Positions 1 to 10,186 of a DNA stretch of 64,000 bases are shown here, in pieces; the first letter of the stretch is position 1, and the number at the start of each line of letters is the position of its first letter. The stretch spans positions 37,330-101,329 of the forward strand of contig JBBDOS010000004.1 in NCBI GenBank assembly GCA_040876925.1, written 5' to 3'. The notes below the pieces were generated by a model. That model saw only the letters and a program-made list of their open reading frames with translations, was not told where the DNA came from and searched no databases. A program made the position numbers and the translations under genes. Source of the stretch: Candidatus Saccharimonadales bacterium. Lineage in GTDB: Bacteria; Patescibacteriota; Saccharimonadia; QS-5-54-17.

Positions 1-2799
1 AAATCTATTCAGCAACGCTCTGCTGATGATGCTTATGTATTCTATGATGGTCCACCGTTTATCACTGGTGAACCTCACCACGGCACGCTGCTATCATCCA
101 TTGTTAAAGACGCTATGCCTAGATACCAAACCATGAAAGGCAAGCGAGTAGAGCGTAAGTGGGGCTGGGATTGTCACGGCTTACCGGCAGAAGTTTTTAC
201 TGAGAAAAAGCTAGGCATAAAAGACAAGCGAGATATTGGCACCAAAATATCTCTAGAGGAATATATTACTACCTGTAGAGATAATATGGTGGCTACTGGT
301 GACTTATGGGAAGATACCATCGATAGGATAGGTCGCTGGGTAGACTTTAAAGGTGCCTATAAGACTATGGATAGAGACTATATGGAGTCGGTTTGGTGGG
401 CTTTTAAGCAGCTTTATGAAGATGGCAAGATTTATGAAGGTGAGAAAGTGCTGCTATATTGCACACGCGATGCTACGCCGATATCTAAAGCCGAAGTGGC
501 TATGGATAATTCTTACCAAGAAGTTACTGACCCCAGTGTATATGTGAAGTTTAAGCTAAGTGGTGAGGATAAATACCTATTAGCTTGGACAACTACACCA
601 TGGACACTACCCGCTAATACCGCCGTAGCTGTTAATGAGTCTATTGAATATAGTGAAATTATCGTAGATAGTGAACACCTGATATTAGCGAGCGAGCTAC
701 TAGATACAGTTTTAACAGACGAGAAGCATCAAGTACTTGATTATAGAATAGTTAATACTTTTAAGGGCAAAGATCTAATAGGTAAGAGCTATGTACCTAT
801 ATTTGAGGATAGAGGTACCAAAGCCCATCAGATATGGCATGCTGATTATGTTGGTGTAGACGAGGGCACTGGTATAGTTCATCTAGCCCCTGCTTATGGT
901 GAAGAGGACTTTGAGTTAGCTAAAGAAGAAGGCTTTCCGGTAGTTAGTATGGTGGATGAAAACGGCTTTTACGATAGTGGCAGATGGAAAGATCAACAGG
1001 TGTGGGATGTTAATAAAGAAATAGCCAAAACTCTACATCAAGAAGGTGTAATCTGGAAGATAGACTATATCAAACATAGCTATCCGCACTGTCATCGTTG
1101 TGGCACTAAGTTAATGTATAGAGCTCATCCCAGCTGGTTTATGGATATTGACGGTCAAAGGCAAGAGATGATTGAGCAAAACCAGGATATCTACTGGTTC
1201 CCTGAGCATATTAAGCATGGTCGTTGGCAGAAAACTATAGAGTCAGCACCGGACTGGAACCTATCTCGTGATCGTTTCTGGGCTACGGCTATGCCAGTAT
1301 GGAAAGGGGTAGATGATAAAGGCAAGGAGCATATCAAGGTTGTAGGTAGCTATGAAGAACTTAAAAGTTTAAGTGGTCAAGAGCTGGATGATTATCATCG
1401 TCCTTGGGTAGATGATATTACTTTTGAAGTTGATGGGGTTAAATATCACCGCATAGACAAGGTCTTGGATTGCTGGTTTGAATCAGGCTCAATGCCATTT
1501 GCTCAGTTCCACTATCCATTTGAGAATAAAGGTAAGTTCGAAGCTAGTTTCCCCGGAGACTTCATAGTCGAATATGTTGGACAGGTCAGAGCCTGGTTTT
1601 ACTACATGCATGCCGTATCTGTAGGGCTTTTTGGTAAAAATGCCTTCAAAAATGTCATAGTCACCGGTACTTTAGCGGGTAATGATGGCCGTAAGATGAG
1701 TAAGAGTTATAGCAACTATACTAACCCTAACGAATTAATGGATAGTTTTAGTGCGGATGCGCTGAGGTTCTTATTGCTATCATCACCAGTACTTGCCGGT
1801 GAAGACTTTTCGCTAATAGAAAAAGATGTTGGTGATGTGCAGCGTAAGTTAAATATGCTTTGGAATGTTTACGACTTCTTTACAATGTACGCCTCTGTAG
1901 ATGGCTGGGAGTGGAACGGTGACTTAGGCGATCCAACAGATTCTATGACTAACCCGCTTGATCGGTGGGTGCTAAGTAGAGTTCATCAGACTAATAAAAT
2001 AGTTGATGAGAATATGAGTCGGTATGATTTACCATCTGCTACTAAACCATTACTGGGCCTAGTTGAAGATATCAGCAACTGGTACGTACGTCGTTCTCGT
2101 AAACGGTTTTGGAAGAGTGAAGATGATCAAGATAAGGCCGATGCCTATCAAACCTTGCATTATGTCTTAACCCAAACAGCTATGATATTTGCTCCTTTTA
2201 CGCCATTTCTATCAGAGGAGCTGTATCGCAATTTAACCGGTGAGGAGTCAGTGCATCTAATAGACTGGCCTAAGGCTGGAGAAGTTGATCAAGATCTTAT
2301 CAACCAGATGGTAGTTTTGCGTAATCTAATTAAACAAGGTCTAGAATCTAGAGCTAGTAGCGGTATCAAAGTGCGTCAGCCTTTGACTAAAGTTAAAGTA
2401 TCTCTATCTCAAGAAATCAGTGAAGGGCTAATTGAGATTATTAAAGATGAGCTCAATATTAAAAAAGTAGAGTTTGATTTAACAAAAACGGATGAAGATG
2501 GTGCTGCAGGAGCTATATCGTTAGATAAAAATATTACTCCAGAATTGCAGCGAGAAGGGTATATGCGAGAGATAGTACGTCACGTGCAACAGTTTAGAAA
2601 AGAGTCAGGCTTAGAGGTAGATGATCGCATTGATTTAGTATTAAATACTGATGATAAGCAATTATCTCAAGCAATTAGTGATTATCAGAATGTAATTAAA
2701 TCTGAGACTTTAGCAAAATCGATCAATAATCAAGGTGAAACCACTAAAAATGTTGACATAGATGGTAAAGGTTTAGGGATAGGTTTAGGCAAGGTCTAG
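1..2799 (+). CDS. ileS: isoleucyl-tRNA synthetase (5' partial, continues upstream of window)
   Basis: Frame 1 is open from nt 1. The class I HIGH motif (PHHG) is encoded at 73-84, upstream of the first ATG at 115. KMSKS is at about 1693-1707. The 894-aa ORF has clear IleRS architecture (WCxRC editing/Zn region). Confidence 0.93.
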   Translation, partial: KSIQQRSADDAYVFYDGPPFITGEPHHGTLLSSIVKDAMPRYQTMKGKRVERKWGWDCHGLPAEVFTEKKLGIKDKRDIGTKISLEEYITTCRDNMVATGDLWEDTIDRIGRWVDFKGAYKTMDRDYMESVWWAFKQLYEDGKIYEGEKVLLYCTRDATPISKAEVAMDNSYQEVTDPSVYVKFKLSGEDKYLLAWTTTPWTLPANTAVAVNESIEYSEIIVDSEHLILASELLDTVLTDEKHQVLDYRIVNTFKGKDLIGKSYVPIFEDRGTKAHQIWHADYVGVDEGTGIVHLAPAYGEEDFELAKEEGFPVVSMVDENGFYDSGRWKDQQVWDVNKEIAKTLHQEGVIWKIDYIKHSYPHCHRCGTKLMYRAHPSWFMDIDGQRQEMIEQNQDIYWFPEHIKHGRWQKTIESAPDWNLSRDRFWATAMPVWKGVDDKGKEHIKVVGSYEELKSLSGQELDDYHRPWVDDITFEVDGVKYHRIDKVLDCWFESGSMPFAQFHYPFENKGKFEASFPGDFIVEYVGQVRAWFYYMHAVSVGLFGKNAFKNVIVTGTLAGNDGRKMSKSYSNYTNPNELMDSFSADALRFLLLSSPVLAGEDFSLIEKDVGDVQRKLNMLWNVYDFFTMYASVDGWEWNGDLGDPTDSMTNPLDRWVLSRVHQTNKIVDENMSRYDLPSATKPLLGLVEDISNWYVRRSRKRFWKSEDDQDKADAYQTLHYVLTQTAMIFAPFTPFLSEELYRNLTGEESVHLIDWPKAGEVDQDLINQMVVLRNLIKQGLESRASSGIKVRQPLTKVKVSLSQEISEGLIEIIKDELNIKKVEFDLTKTDEDGAAGAISLDKNITPELQREGYMREIVRHVQQFRKESGLEVDDRIDLVLNTDDKQLSQAISDYQNVIKSETLAKSINNQGETTKNVDIDGKGLGIGLGKV

Positions 2800-2835
2800 A
2801 AGTTATTATCCTGAACCTATAAACTAAAATCTATA

Positions 2836-3921
2836 ATGCCAGCTAGATTAGACTACATACTATTATTTAGTACTTTAATTCTTTGCTTGATAGGGGTTAT
2901 AGTGCTGCATTCTATCAATGTACGCGATCCCAGCCTGCTACAAGGGTTTAATCCATCATGGCAACTAATAGCCCTGTTGATAGGTTCAATAGGTCTCATA
3001 TTATTTATGAGGATGGATTATCATATATTAGCTAGAATAGCTCCTTTGTGGTATGGAGTTGGTGTTTTATTGTTAGTCTTGGTGTTATTTTTTGGTGAAG
3101 CAGTTAGTGGATCAACTAGAGCTCTAAGCTTCGGTGTAGTAGAGTTTCAGCCGGCTGAAATTGCCAAAATGGGCATGATATTATTATTGGCTAGTTACTA
3201 CAATAAAAACTCCAATAAATTACATAAATTAAATACTTTATTTATATCAATGATTATTACAGCAGCGGTGGTGATCTTAGTATTTTTACAACCAGATCTA
3301 GGTACCGCTATAGTACTGTTGATTATCTGGGCTATGATAAGTTTTATGGCTGGTATTAGACGTAGCTTTCTAGTGGGGTTGGCTTTAATTGGTTTAATAG
3401 CTCTACCAGTTGCTATTCAAGTACTAGAACCTTATCAGCAAGCCAGACTAGAAACGTTTTTTGATCCCACCGCTGATTCTCAGGGCCAGGGATATAACGT
3501 TGATCAATCAATGATAGCTATAGGCTCTGGTCAGTTATTTGGTAGAGGCTTGGGTGGAGGAACTCAGAGTACTCTCAACTTCTTACCGTCTCAACACACT
3601 GACTTCATATTTGCTGTTATAGCTGAAAAGCTAGGGTTGATAGGAGCATCTTCAGTACTAATACTCTTCGGATTATTACTGTGGCGAGGGTTTGTGATAG
3701 CTTGGAGGGCTAGAGATAGCTTCGGGGCTTTACTAGCTTCGGGTATAACCACTATGTTTTTGGTCCAAATAGTTATTACTATCGGTATGAATCTAGGTAT
3801 AGCTCCTGTAACTGGTCTGCCGTTACCTTTTTTAGCATACGGTGGCACCAACTTAATAATCAGCCTTCTAGCTGTTGGTATATTGCTAAATATATCCAAA
3901 AACTCATTATCTAATGCTTAA
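2836..3921 (+). CDS. rodA: SEDS family peptidoglycan glycosyltransferase (RodA/FtsW family)
   Basis: 361-aa polytopic membrane protein with the conserved SEDS C-terminal region (...GGTQSTLNFLP...PFLAYGGTNLII). A second SEDS gene lies in the dcw cluster (ftsW), so this copy is probably RodA. The RodA/FtsW assignment is an inference. Confidence 0.6.
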   Translation: MPARLDYILLFSTLILCLIGVIVLHSINVRDPSLLQGFNPSWQLIALLIGSIGLILFMRMDYHILARIAPLWYGVGVLLLVLVLFFGEAVSGSTRALSFGVVEFQPAEIAKMGMILLLASYYNKNSNKLHKLNTLFISMIITAAVVILVFLQPDLGTAIVLLIIWAMISFMAGIRRSFLVGLALIGLIALPVAIQVLEPYQQARLETFFDPTADSQGQGYNVDQSMIAIGSGQLFGRGLGGGTQSTLNFLPSQHTDFIFAVIAEKLGLIGASSVLILFGLLLWRGFVIAWRARDSFGALLASGITTMFLVQIVITIGMNLGIAPVTGLPLPFLAYGGTNLIISLLAVGILLNISKNSLSNA

Positions 3922-3939
3922 TGAAAAGTATCTTAGGAA

Positions 3940-4257
3940 TTAAGATTTGATATCAGTTATCTTGATAGTGCTATAGTTTTGCCTGTGACCGGTTTTCTTA
4001 GATACTCGTTTCTTAGCTTTGAACTTAAAGATAGTTATTTTATCACCCTTAACTCTTGGTTCAACAACTTTAGCTGTGACTTTCACGCCTTTAACTGTAG
4101 GGGTGCCAATTTGCACGCTTTTATCGTCCTTATCATCAAAAACCAATAGAGGGTCAAAGCTTAGTTGTTTCTTCACATCTACTAGCTCTATATTGAATTC
4201 TTGGTTTTTGGCAACCAAATATTGTTTGCCACCAGTTTCTATAACTGCTTGCTTCAT
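3940..4257 (-). CDS. rplU: 50S ribosomal protein L21 with basic C-terminal extension
   Basis: MKQAVIETGGKQYLV... matches the L21 N-terminus (AVIxTGGKQY). C-terminal KKRVSKKTGHRQNYSTIKITDI is the L21 hallmark. Confidence 0.9.
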   Translation of the reverse strand: MKQAVIETGGKQYLVAKNQEFNIELVDVKKQLSFDPLLVFDDKDDKSVQIGTPTVKGVKVTAKVVEPRVKGDKITIFKFKAKKRVSKKTGHRQNYSTIKITDIKS

Positions 4258-4464
4258 AATTTATTGATTCTCTTTCTTATAAACAATCGTATCATATCCT
4301 AACAGTATTACTTAGCGGTGTAAAGACCACACCAGTATTTTACTGCTTGCTATGATGATCTGTAGTTTGTTCCTGAGGTTTTTAACATTAACTACTAGTG
4401 CTTAGCCTATGCTAAAATATCAAAGAGCAATAACTTATAAAGAGAGGTTAGTAGAAATATAAAA

Positions 4465-5256
4465 ATGGCAACTAATATCATTGCTATAGCCAATCAAAAA
4501 GGTGGAGTAGGCAAGACCACTACCACTATTAATACTGCTCATTACTTAGCTATGGCTGGTAAGTCGGTGTTAGTAGTGGATTTGGATCCTCAAGGTAATA
4601 CTACTAGCGGTATGGGGCTAGATAAGCATAATCTAGACAAAGATTTGTATCACGCCCTACATGATTTTAGTGTGACTCATCAGATTCTAAAAACTACACC
4701 CCATAACGTATCCATCTTACCAGCCTCGCCGGTATTAGCTGCTGCAGAGGTGGAGCTAGTTAACCTTGATTCTAGAGAATACCGCTTAAAAAGCGTTCTT
4801 AACCAGTTAGATTTTGATTATGTGTTAATAGATTGTCCACCATCGCTAGGATTACTAACTATTAATGGTCTAAGTGCAGCTGAGCATGTACTAATACCTG
4901 TACAAGCAGAGTATTTTGCCCTAGAGGGCTTGGGGCAACTACTGCAGACTATAGAGATGGTTAAAAAAGGCCTTAATCCAAACCTAGATTTACTAGGTGT
5001 AGTACTGACTATGCACGCTGGTAGGACAACATTGTCAAACCAGGTACACGCAGAGGTTCACAAACATTTCCCGGGCCAGGTTTTTGACGAATTTATACCG
5101 AGAAATGTACGCTTAGCTGAAGCACCCAGCTATGGTCAGCCTATACATCTATATGATAAGCGCAGTAAGGGGGCCAAGGCGTATAAGAAGTTTTCTAAAG
5201 AGCTAATGAAACGAGTTGATAGTAAAAAAGGAGGCAAGAAGAATGGTGGCAAATAG
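4465..5256 (+). CDS. parA: chromosome partitioning ATPase ParA/Soj
   Basis: Deviant Walker A (KGGVGKTTT); ParA/MinD fold; directly upstream of parB. Confidence 0.9.
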   Translation: MATNIIAIANQKGGVGKTTTTINTAHYLAMAGKSVLVVDLDPQGNTTSGMGLDKHNLDKDLYHALHDFSVTHQILKTTPHNVSILPASPVLAAAEVELVNLDSREYRLKSVLNQLDFDYVLIDCPPSLGLLTINGLSAAEHVLIPVQAEYFALEGLGQLLQTIEMVKKGLNPNLDLLGVVLTMHAGRTTLSNQVHAEVHKHFPGQVFDEFIPRNVRLAEAPSYGQPIHLYDKRSKGAKAYKKFSKELMKRVDSKKGGKKNGGK

Positions 5257-6088
5257 AGGCTTAGGCAGGGGTTTTGACTCACTGATACCAACTACTACTG
5301 AAGAGGAGTTTGATCCGATACCAGCAGATAAATCGGCAATTGCTGAGATAGATCCTAAGCTAATAGATCCTAACCCGCACCAACCTAGGACTAATTTTGC
5401 TAAAGAAACTATAGATGCTTTAGCTAGCTCCATTAAAGAGCACGGCATCTTGCAGCCACTAGTAGCTCAGGCCAGAGGAGATAGGTATGAGTTAATAGCC
5501 GGTGAGAGGCGCCTGCGAGCGGCTAAACAGCTGAAATTAAAGTCTGTCCCAGTTATAGTGCGTAGTTTTGATGAGCAGCAGTCCTTAGAACTAGCTTTAG
5601 TAGAGAACATCCAACGAGAACAGCTAAACGCTGTAGAGACAGCAGCAGCTTACCAGAAATTAATCGACCAGTTTAATCTAACAGCTGCTGAAGTAGCCAA
5701 GAAAATAGGCCGAGATGCTAGTACTATCAAAAACACTATACGTTTATTGCGACTACCCCTGGAAGCAAAAAGAGCTCTAGCGGAAGGCTTAATCAGTGAA
5801 GGTCATGCTAGGTCAATTTTAAGTACTCCTGAGGAGCAACAACAGACTCTATTAGACTCAGTTATAAAAAATAACTGGACGGTACGTATGGCTGAGGAAT
5901 TTGCTAGAGATTCTAAAAAATCTAAAGTATCACCGTCGCAAGTTACCTCAGAAGATGTTCGGACCAAAGCTCTTAGTAAACAGCTCAAAACTACTGTGCA
6001 GATACAAAAAAGAGCTAAGGGTGGTAGGTTATTAATTCATTACAAAGACGATAAGGATTTAGATAGAATTCTTAAAAAGCTAAATTAA
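5243..6088 (+). CDS. parB: chromosome partitioning protein ParB/Spo0J
   Basis: GLGRGFDSL N-terminal box, GERRLRAA motif and HTH region. Start placed at ATG 5243 (AAAGGAGG RBS at 5227-5234) rather than the track start 5216, which overlaps parA. Confidence 0.88.
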   Translation: MVANRGLGRGFDSLIPTTTEEEFDPIPADKSAIAEIDPKLIDPNPHQPRTNFAKETIDALASSIKEHGILQPLVAQARGDRYELIAGERRLRAAKQLKLKSVPVIVRSFDEQQSLELALVENIQREQLNAVETAAAYQKLIDQFNLTAAEVAKKIGRDASTIKNTIRLLRLPLEAKRALAEGLISEGHARSILSTPEEQQQTLLDSVIKNNWTVRMAEEFARDSKKSKVSPSQVTSEDVRTKALSKQLKTTVQIQKRAKGGRLLIHYKDDKDLDRILKKLN

Positions 6089-6098
6089 GGCATTATAA

Positions 6099-6707
6099 TT
6101 AAAAAGCCTGCATATCTGAGACAGGCCAAAGCTTTAATGTCAGAGAACCAATTATATCCTCAGCTTTAACGGAGCCTAGTTGATTGCGTGAATCTAGCGA
6201 ATGGCCATTTTCGCGGTTATCTCCTATTAGGAATATTTCTCCTTCTGGTACGACAACATTAAGTTCTCCAGATATATCTACAGTAGGCAAATCTAACTCT
6301 TCGTAAGGATCAAACCCCGTTGGGTTGGAGTTATTATAGATAGTTACCTTACCCTCAGAGATATTAATATTATCATTAGGCAAGCCTATAACTCTTTTAA
6401 TTAAGCGATTATTATTGCCATTAACTACCACTATAGAGCCTCTTTCTGGTAGATACTCATTCCCCCTTAGTTCTGATAGCGAAGGACCTAGTTTAGAAAT
6501 TATTAGGTAGTCACCCTGACTTAATGTAGGCTCCATGCTAGCACCAAACACCTGATATGACTGAAACACAAACTGTTGCAAGCCGATAGCTATAGTAATA
6601 GCTACTATCCAAGAGATAACAATCTTAATGAAAGCCAGGTTGTGTTTAGTTTCGCTAGTCTTTGCCGCGTCTGTTTCGGTTTGGTAGTTTAGTTCGTTAT
6701 TATCCAT
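6099..6707 (-). CDS. lepB: signal peptidase I (S26)
   Basis: GASMEPTL catalytic Ser box and GDNRENGHSLDSR box; N-terminal TM anchor. Confidence 0.9.
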   Translation of the reverse strand: MDNNELNYQTETDAAKTSETKHNLAFIKIVISWIVAITIAIGLQQFVFQSYQVFGASMEPTLSQGDYLIISKLGPSLSELRGNEYLPERGSIVVVNGNNNRLIKRVIGLPNDNINISEGKVTIYNNSNPTGFDPYEELDLPTVDISGELNVVVPEGEIFLIGDNRENGHSLDSRNQLGSVKAEDIIGSLTLKLWPVSDMQAF

Positions 6708-6841
6708 ACTTCACATACAGTATAACAGGGTCTTTTAGTCTTAGGCGGAATAATTTCCTTGATCTAAGTAAACATAACCTAAATAACCCTAGAAAGAGAT
6801 AGACTTCGAAGGTTTAAATTCGTATAATATAACCTATTGTC

Positions 6842-8236
6842 ATGAGTAAGAAACAACCAAAAATAAGTAGCGACAGCCAAGAGGATATGCTTACATATGG
6901 ACTGCCAGATCCAGACATAGATGAACCATCTAAACGCCGGCGAAGACCGAGGAGTAAGAGGTTCTTCACTAAAAAACGCGTAGTAATAGGTATTAGCAGT
7001 TTCTCGGCTGTATTTGTAATAGTAGGGGCTATAACTGCTTGGTTTCTTTATTCAAATGTAATTTTCACTAATCTAGGGGATGATATATTTCAAGGAGAAG
7101 CTGATCCTAGCACATTGCGTGGTGAGGGGGATGGGCGAATTAATATTATGTTGCTTGGTATAGATAATGCTGCAGATCTAAGCGACAGTATTATGGTAGC
7201 CTCCTTGGACCCTATAGCTAAAGATGTAGCTTTATTGTCTATTCCCAGGGATCTATGGGTGGATATACCTGGGTTCGGGTCTGCCAAGATCAATGCAGCC
7301 CATGCTTTTGGAGAACGTTATGGTTATGAGGGCGGCGGTCCAGCTCTGACCAAGGAAGTGCTAGAAGATATTCTAGATATACCGATTCATTATTATGGCA
7401 CAGCTAATTTTGAAGGCTTTAATGAGGCCATAGACTTTATAGGTGGTATAGAAGTGGAGGTTGAAGAGGATATAGTGGATTATTCTTATCCAGCTGAAAA
7501 TAATGGCGGGTTTGATCCTTTCATAATACGTAAGGGAGTTCATCAAATGGATGGAGAAACAGCTCTAAAATATGCTCGCTCCAGATACTCTACTAGTGAT
7601 TTTGACAGAAGTAAGAGACAGCAGTATATCTTAGCAGCTCTTAAGGATAAGGTTTTATCTCTAGGAACTCTATCGAATCCTATTAAAGTAGCTAATTTGC
7701 TTCGATCTTTTAGTCGCAATACTGATACCGACCTAAAGCTAGAAGAGATCATGAGGTTGGTTGAGATTGCCAGAGAAATAGATACAGAAGATATGACCCA
7801 AGCCCGATTAGACGCCTCAGAAGATAATTTCTTAACATTTAGTAATATATACGGACAATCAGCCTTAGTTCCATCTGCAGGAGATTTCTCAAATATACAA
7901 GAATATGTCAGAGGGCTATTAATTGATAGTTATATCAAAGATGAGGCAGCCTCTCTAAGCATTCTTAATGGCACCCTTCAGGAAGGTCTAGCTACGGAGA
8001 CAGCAGCCTTACTTAGAAGTTTCGGTTATGGTGTAGATAATATTAACAATGCCTCTGCTCGTGACTATGAACAAACTGTTATCTTTGATTATAGTGGTGA
8101 TAAACCTTATACACTAAGGTACTTAGAGAAGCGTTTTGGAGTGAAGGCATTACGACGCGACCCTCCTATCGGTGATGAGCAGACATATGATATAGAGATT
8201 GTAATAGGAAGCGATTATGCCTCTACTATTAACTGA
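6842..8236 (+). CDS. LytR-CpsA-Psr (LCP) family cell-envelope phosphotransferase
   Basis: N-terminal TM anchor, then LCP domain motifs (MLLGIDN...SDSIMVASLDP...LSIPRDLWVDIPG...KINAAHAFG, YARSRY). Confidence 0.85.
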   Translation: MSKKQPKISSDSQEDMLTYGLPDPDIDEPSKRRRRPRSKRFFTKKRVVIGISSFSAVFVIVGAITAWFLYSNVIFTNLGDDIFQGEADPSTLRGEGDGRINIMLLGIDNAADLSDSIMVASLDPIAKDVALLSIPRDLWVDIPGFGSAKINAAHAFGERYGYEGGGPALTKEVLEDILDIPIHYYGTANFEGFNEAIDFIGGIEVEVEEDIVDYSYPAENNGGFDPFIIRKGVHQMDGETALKYARSRYSTSDFDRSKRQQYILAALKDKVLSLGTLSNPIKVANLLRSFSRNTDTDLKLEEIMRLVEIAREIDTEDMTQARLDASEDNFLTFSNIYGQSALVPSAGDFSNIQEYVRGLLIDSYIKDEAASLSILNGTLQEGLATETAALLRSFGYGVDNINNASARDYEQTVIFDYSGDKPYTLRYLEKRFGVKALRRDPPIGDEQTYDIEIVIGSDYASTIN

Positions 8237-8987
8237 TTTACGATCACAAATGTCATCAAAGAGACAAGCTATAAGGGGGGCTATTAGTATTGGTTTGGCT
8301 CTATCGTTACTGCTCTTAGTTAGAGCTGATCTAGTATTATTGGCCGCACTATTAGCGGTCGCTAGCAAATGGCAGTTAATATTAGGCGGTCCAAAGTTGT
8401 GGCTACTTAATATCTGGGACAACGCGGCTGATATTATAGTTCTAATCAGTTATATAGTCTTGCTAGTAATTTATAACATTGACCCTACTTTGCAGTGGAT
8501 GATCATGGCTATTTATCTGTTATGGCAAGTAGTTATTAAGCCTTTGAGTGGGATAGGCGGTAAGGGCTTACAAGCCTTATTCGCTCTAGGTATTAGTATA
8601 GGTACCATATTCTTACTTAAGTCCACGCTGGGTATAGGTGGAGTTATAATTTTATCTTGGGTAGTAGGATATATATCGGCTAGTCACTTCTTATCTAGCA
8701 GTGATGATAATGTGCGCAGATTACTACCTCTAATATGGGCGTTAATTGTTGCTCAGTTTGCCTGGATAATGTCCCATTGGCTAATATTTTATCCATTGCT
8801 TAATGGACGCTTGCTGATACCTCAAGCTATAGTGGTTTTAGTGCCGCTAGCCTATATCTTCGGCAATATATATTACGATCATTTAAACAAAAGGCTGAAA
8901 AAGAAGCGCCTATTTGGATACTTGGGTATCATGGCTTTTATACTACTAGTAGTTATTAGTGGTAGCGAATGGGTGATAGAGATATAG
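8217..8987 (+). CDS. polytopic membrane protein, unknown function
   Basis: 256 aa with 7-8 predicted hydrophobic helices; no recognisable motif. Overlaps the LCP gene end by 20 nt (possibly co-transcribed). Confidence 0.55.
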   Translation: MPLLLTDLRSQMSSKRQAIRGAISIGLALSLLLLVRADLVLLAALLAVASKWQLILGGPKLWLLNIWDNAADIIVLISYIVLLVIYNIDPTLQWMIMAIYLLWQVVIKPLSGIGGKGLQALFALGISIGTIFLLKSTLGIGGVIILSWVVGYISASHFLSSSDDNVRRLLPLIWALIVAQFAWIMSHWLIFYPLLNGRLLIPQAIVVLVPLAYIFGNIYYDHLNKRLKKKRLFGYLGIMAFILLVVISGSEWVIEI

Positions 8988-9010
8988 CTAGTAAATAGAA
9001 AATATTTAAG

Positions 9011-10168
9011 ATGGGCTTGTTGCGATATAACCCCCAAAACTGCTACGCTTATATTATGATTAAAAGTAAGATGGTCTGGCTAGGAGTATCTTTGGTTATT
9101 GTAGTGTCGTTCATCGGCGGCATTATCGGTGGTTTCTTGGGTGTGGGGGTTTTAGACGAGATACTGTTTGACACAGACCGCTCCAGGGATGTCATATTAC
9201 AAGAGAGTTCAGCTATTATTGATGTAGTTAATCAATTAGAACCTAGTGTAGTTAATATTACATCCGAAGGAGTTCCTAGGTATGATATTTTTGGGCATGA
9301 ATTTGAAGGTAGGGGTGGTGCAGGAACAGGGATTATTATATCTGAAGACGGCTTAATTATTACCAATAAACACGTTGCACCAGAGAATAGTAGCATAGCG
9401 GTAACTTTACATGATGATACTTTCTATGAAGATGTTGAAGTAGTAGCACGTGATCCATTTAATGATATAGCCTATTTGCGCATCGATAGCGACAAAGACT
9501 TAATACCAGCTGAATTAGCCGACTCTGATAAGGTTATAGTGGGCCAGAAAGCGGTGGCTATAGGTAATGTATTAGGTAGGTTTAGCAACACTGTTACTAC
9601 TGGTATTATATCGGCCATTGGTCGTCCAGTTGTAGCTGCTGGTGACGGCATAGAAGCAGAGAGTCTGGAAGGACTATTTCAGACAGATGCAGCTATTAAC
9701 CCCGGCAACTCTGGAGGTCCGTTAGTTAATGTTCAGGGGCAGGTTATCGGTATTAATACTGCCGTAGCTGGTGGAGTAGACAACATAGGGTTTGCTATAC
9801 CAATCAACCAAGCTAAAGGTGGTATTGCCAGTATTTTAGAAAATGGCAGGTTAATAAAACCTTTCTTAGGTGTTAGATATATAACCCTTAACGCTCAAAC
9901 AGCTCGCAGCCAAGGTATAGATATCGACAAGGGAGCTCTTTTAGTAGGCGATGATGAGGCCGGCGCTATTGTTGAAGATTCTCCCGCAGAAGCAGCTGGT
10001 TTGGAGGCTGGTGATGTAATAGTTAAAGTTGATGATGTTGACGTCAATAGGCAGCAACCTCTATCAGTTATATTGGGTAGATATAAGGCTGGAGATAGTT
10101 TAGAACTAGTAGTTATCAGAAATGATCAAGAGTTAAATATTGAGGTTGTTTTAGCAGAATTTAAGTAA
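9011..10168 (+). CDS. htrA: HtrA/DegP family serine protease with C-terminal PDZ domain
   Basis: TNKHV (His), D (Asp) and GNSGGPLVN (Ser) catalytic triad boxes; PDZ-like C-terminus. The true start may be the internal Met (MIKSKMVWLG...). Confidence 0.88.
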   Translation: MGLLRYNPQNCYAYIMIKSKMVWLGVSLVIVVSFIGGIIGGFLGVGVLDEILFDTDRSRDVILQESSAIIDVVNQLEPSVVNITSEGVPRYDIFGHEFEGRGGAGTGIIISEDGLIITNKHVAPENSSIAVTLHDDTFYEDVEVVARDPFNDIAYLRIDSDKDLIPAELADSDKVIVGQKAVAIGNVLGRFSNTVTTGIISAIGRPVVAAGDGIEAESLEGLFQTDAAINPGNSGGPLVNVQGQVIGINTAVAGGVDNIGFAIPINQAKGGIASILENGRLIKPFLGVRYITLNAQTARSQGIDIDKGALLVGDDEAGAIVEDSPAEAAGLEAGDVIVKVDDVDVNRQQPLSVILGRYKAGDSLELVVIRNDQELNIEVVLAEFK

Positions 10169-10186
10169 CCCCCTAAAGACTAGAGG

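Noticed and set aside
353-547. Internal or antisense ORFs embedded in strong genes. Examples: 353-547(+) in ileS; 3591-3899(-) in the SEDS gene; 4019-4267(+) opposite rplU; 5203-5448(-), 5803-5988(-), 7090-7293(-), 7543-7752(-), 8150-8422(-), 11183-11521(+), 11756-11983(+), 13770-14063(-), 13835-14095(+), 14827-15231(-); and those in secA, ftsI and others.
   Set aside because: Each lies wholly inside a longer ORF with clear conserved motifs. They have low-complexity or frame-shadow composition and no RBS; they are typical shadow ORFs.
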